Shown here one piece after another: positions 63,379 through 64,000 of a DNA stretch of 64,000 nt (the first letter of the stretch is position 1; every line of letters starts with the position of its first letter). Under the pieces are notes generated by a model. It worked only from the letters and a program-made list of their open reading frames with translations. It was not told the origin of the DNA and did not search any database. The position numbers were made by a program, and so were the translations under genes. The stretch is from Nitrospirota bacterium (GTDB lineage Bacteria > Nitrospirota > UBA9217): positions 512,001-576,000 of the forward strand of contig CAWCKW010000012.1 in assembly GCA_963796285.1 (NCBI GenBank), given 5' to 3'.

Positions 63379-64000
63379 ATGTCCGTTCAGACCGAAGTTT
63401 CTCTTCAAAAACTTCCCCCGCAAAATATCGAAGCCGAACAGATGGTGCTCGGCGCGATCCTGATCGAGAACGACTCCATCAACAAGGTCATCGAAACTCC
63501 TCTCGCCTGACGATTTCTACAAGGACACTCATCGCAGGATATTCAAGGTCATGCTCGACATGTTCGAGACCGGGGACGCGATCGACCTCGTGACGCTGTC
63601 CGATGCTCTCCGCGGCAAAACCGGGCTTGAGGCCGTCGGGGGGGCGTCCTATCTCGCAACACTCGTGAGCCTCGTCCCAACGGCGGCGAACATCAAGTAC
63701 CACGCGCGGATCGTGCGCGAGAAGGCCGTGCTCCGCAAACTTATCCACTCAGCCACCGATATCATCACCCAGAGCTATGAAGACTCGCGTACCGTGGTCA
63801 ACATCGACGAACTCCTGGACCGTGCCGAGAAATCGATCTTCGAGATCGCCCAGGGCAAGATCAAGGATTCCTTCGTTTCCATGAAGAATATCGTCGGGCA
63901 CAGCTTCGCGATCGTTGAACGGCTCTATGAGAAAAAAGAGATGGTCACCGGCCTTGCGACCGGTTTTCTGGACCTGGACGAGAGGACGTCGGGATTTCAG
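63379..64000 (+). CDS. dnaB: Replicative DNA helicase, 5' part (one extra A near 63495)
   Basis: LPPQNIEAEQMVLGAIL, DFYKDTHRRIF, IDLVT, VGGASYL, PTAANI, TGLATGFLDLD; follows rplI. Confidence 0.95.

Overview
Bacterial chromosomal window that is almost entirely core genome plus one glycan-biosynthesis locus. No rRNA, tRNA, CRISPR array, transposase or prophage was recognisable. Gene content and order (dprA-DUF494-topA-xerC-hslVU-argB; a DUF507 pair; alr-mlaEFD; galU-lon-thiL; pdxJ-acpS-nnr-CBS-tsaE-nadK-udg-HIT-mutS; rplI-dnaB) suggest a Nitrospirota/Desulfobacterota-like organism (inference). About 20 genes, including essential ones, carry single-base frameshifts, most likely long-read assembly errors. 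The most notable signals are: (1) a layered set of short non-autonomous intergenic repeats (9-nt-periodic hairpins, 7-nt tandem arms, and a ~30-bp mini-element that inserts into the hairpins and into itself), some captured in-frame by thiL, topA and a patatin gene; (2) an Actinobacteria-type TopA in an otherwise non-actinobacterial operon; (3) a FolD with both cyclohydrolase catalytic residues replaced; (4) a polyprenyl-P-sugar synthase/DUF2304/TMTC-like GT-C module converging on a methyltransferase-rich Wzx cluster with no polymerase or ligase, a candidate protein glycosylation system; (5) a minimal MlaEFD with a long MlaD ending in a beta-rich domain; (6) candidate leaderless promoters and a structured leader plus zinc-ribbon microprotein ahead of alr. 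All calls come from reading the sequence and motifs by eye; no searches were run.
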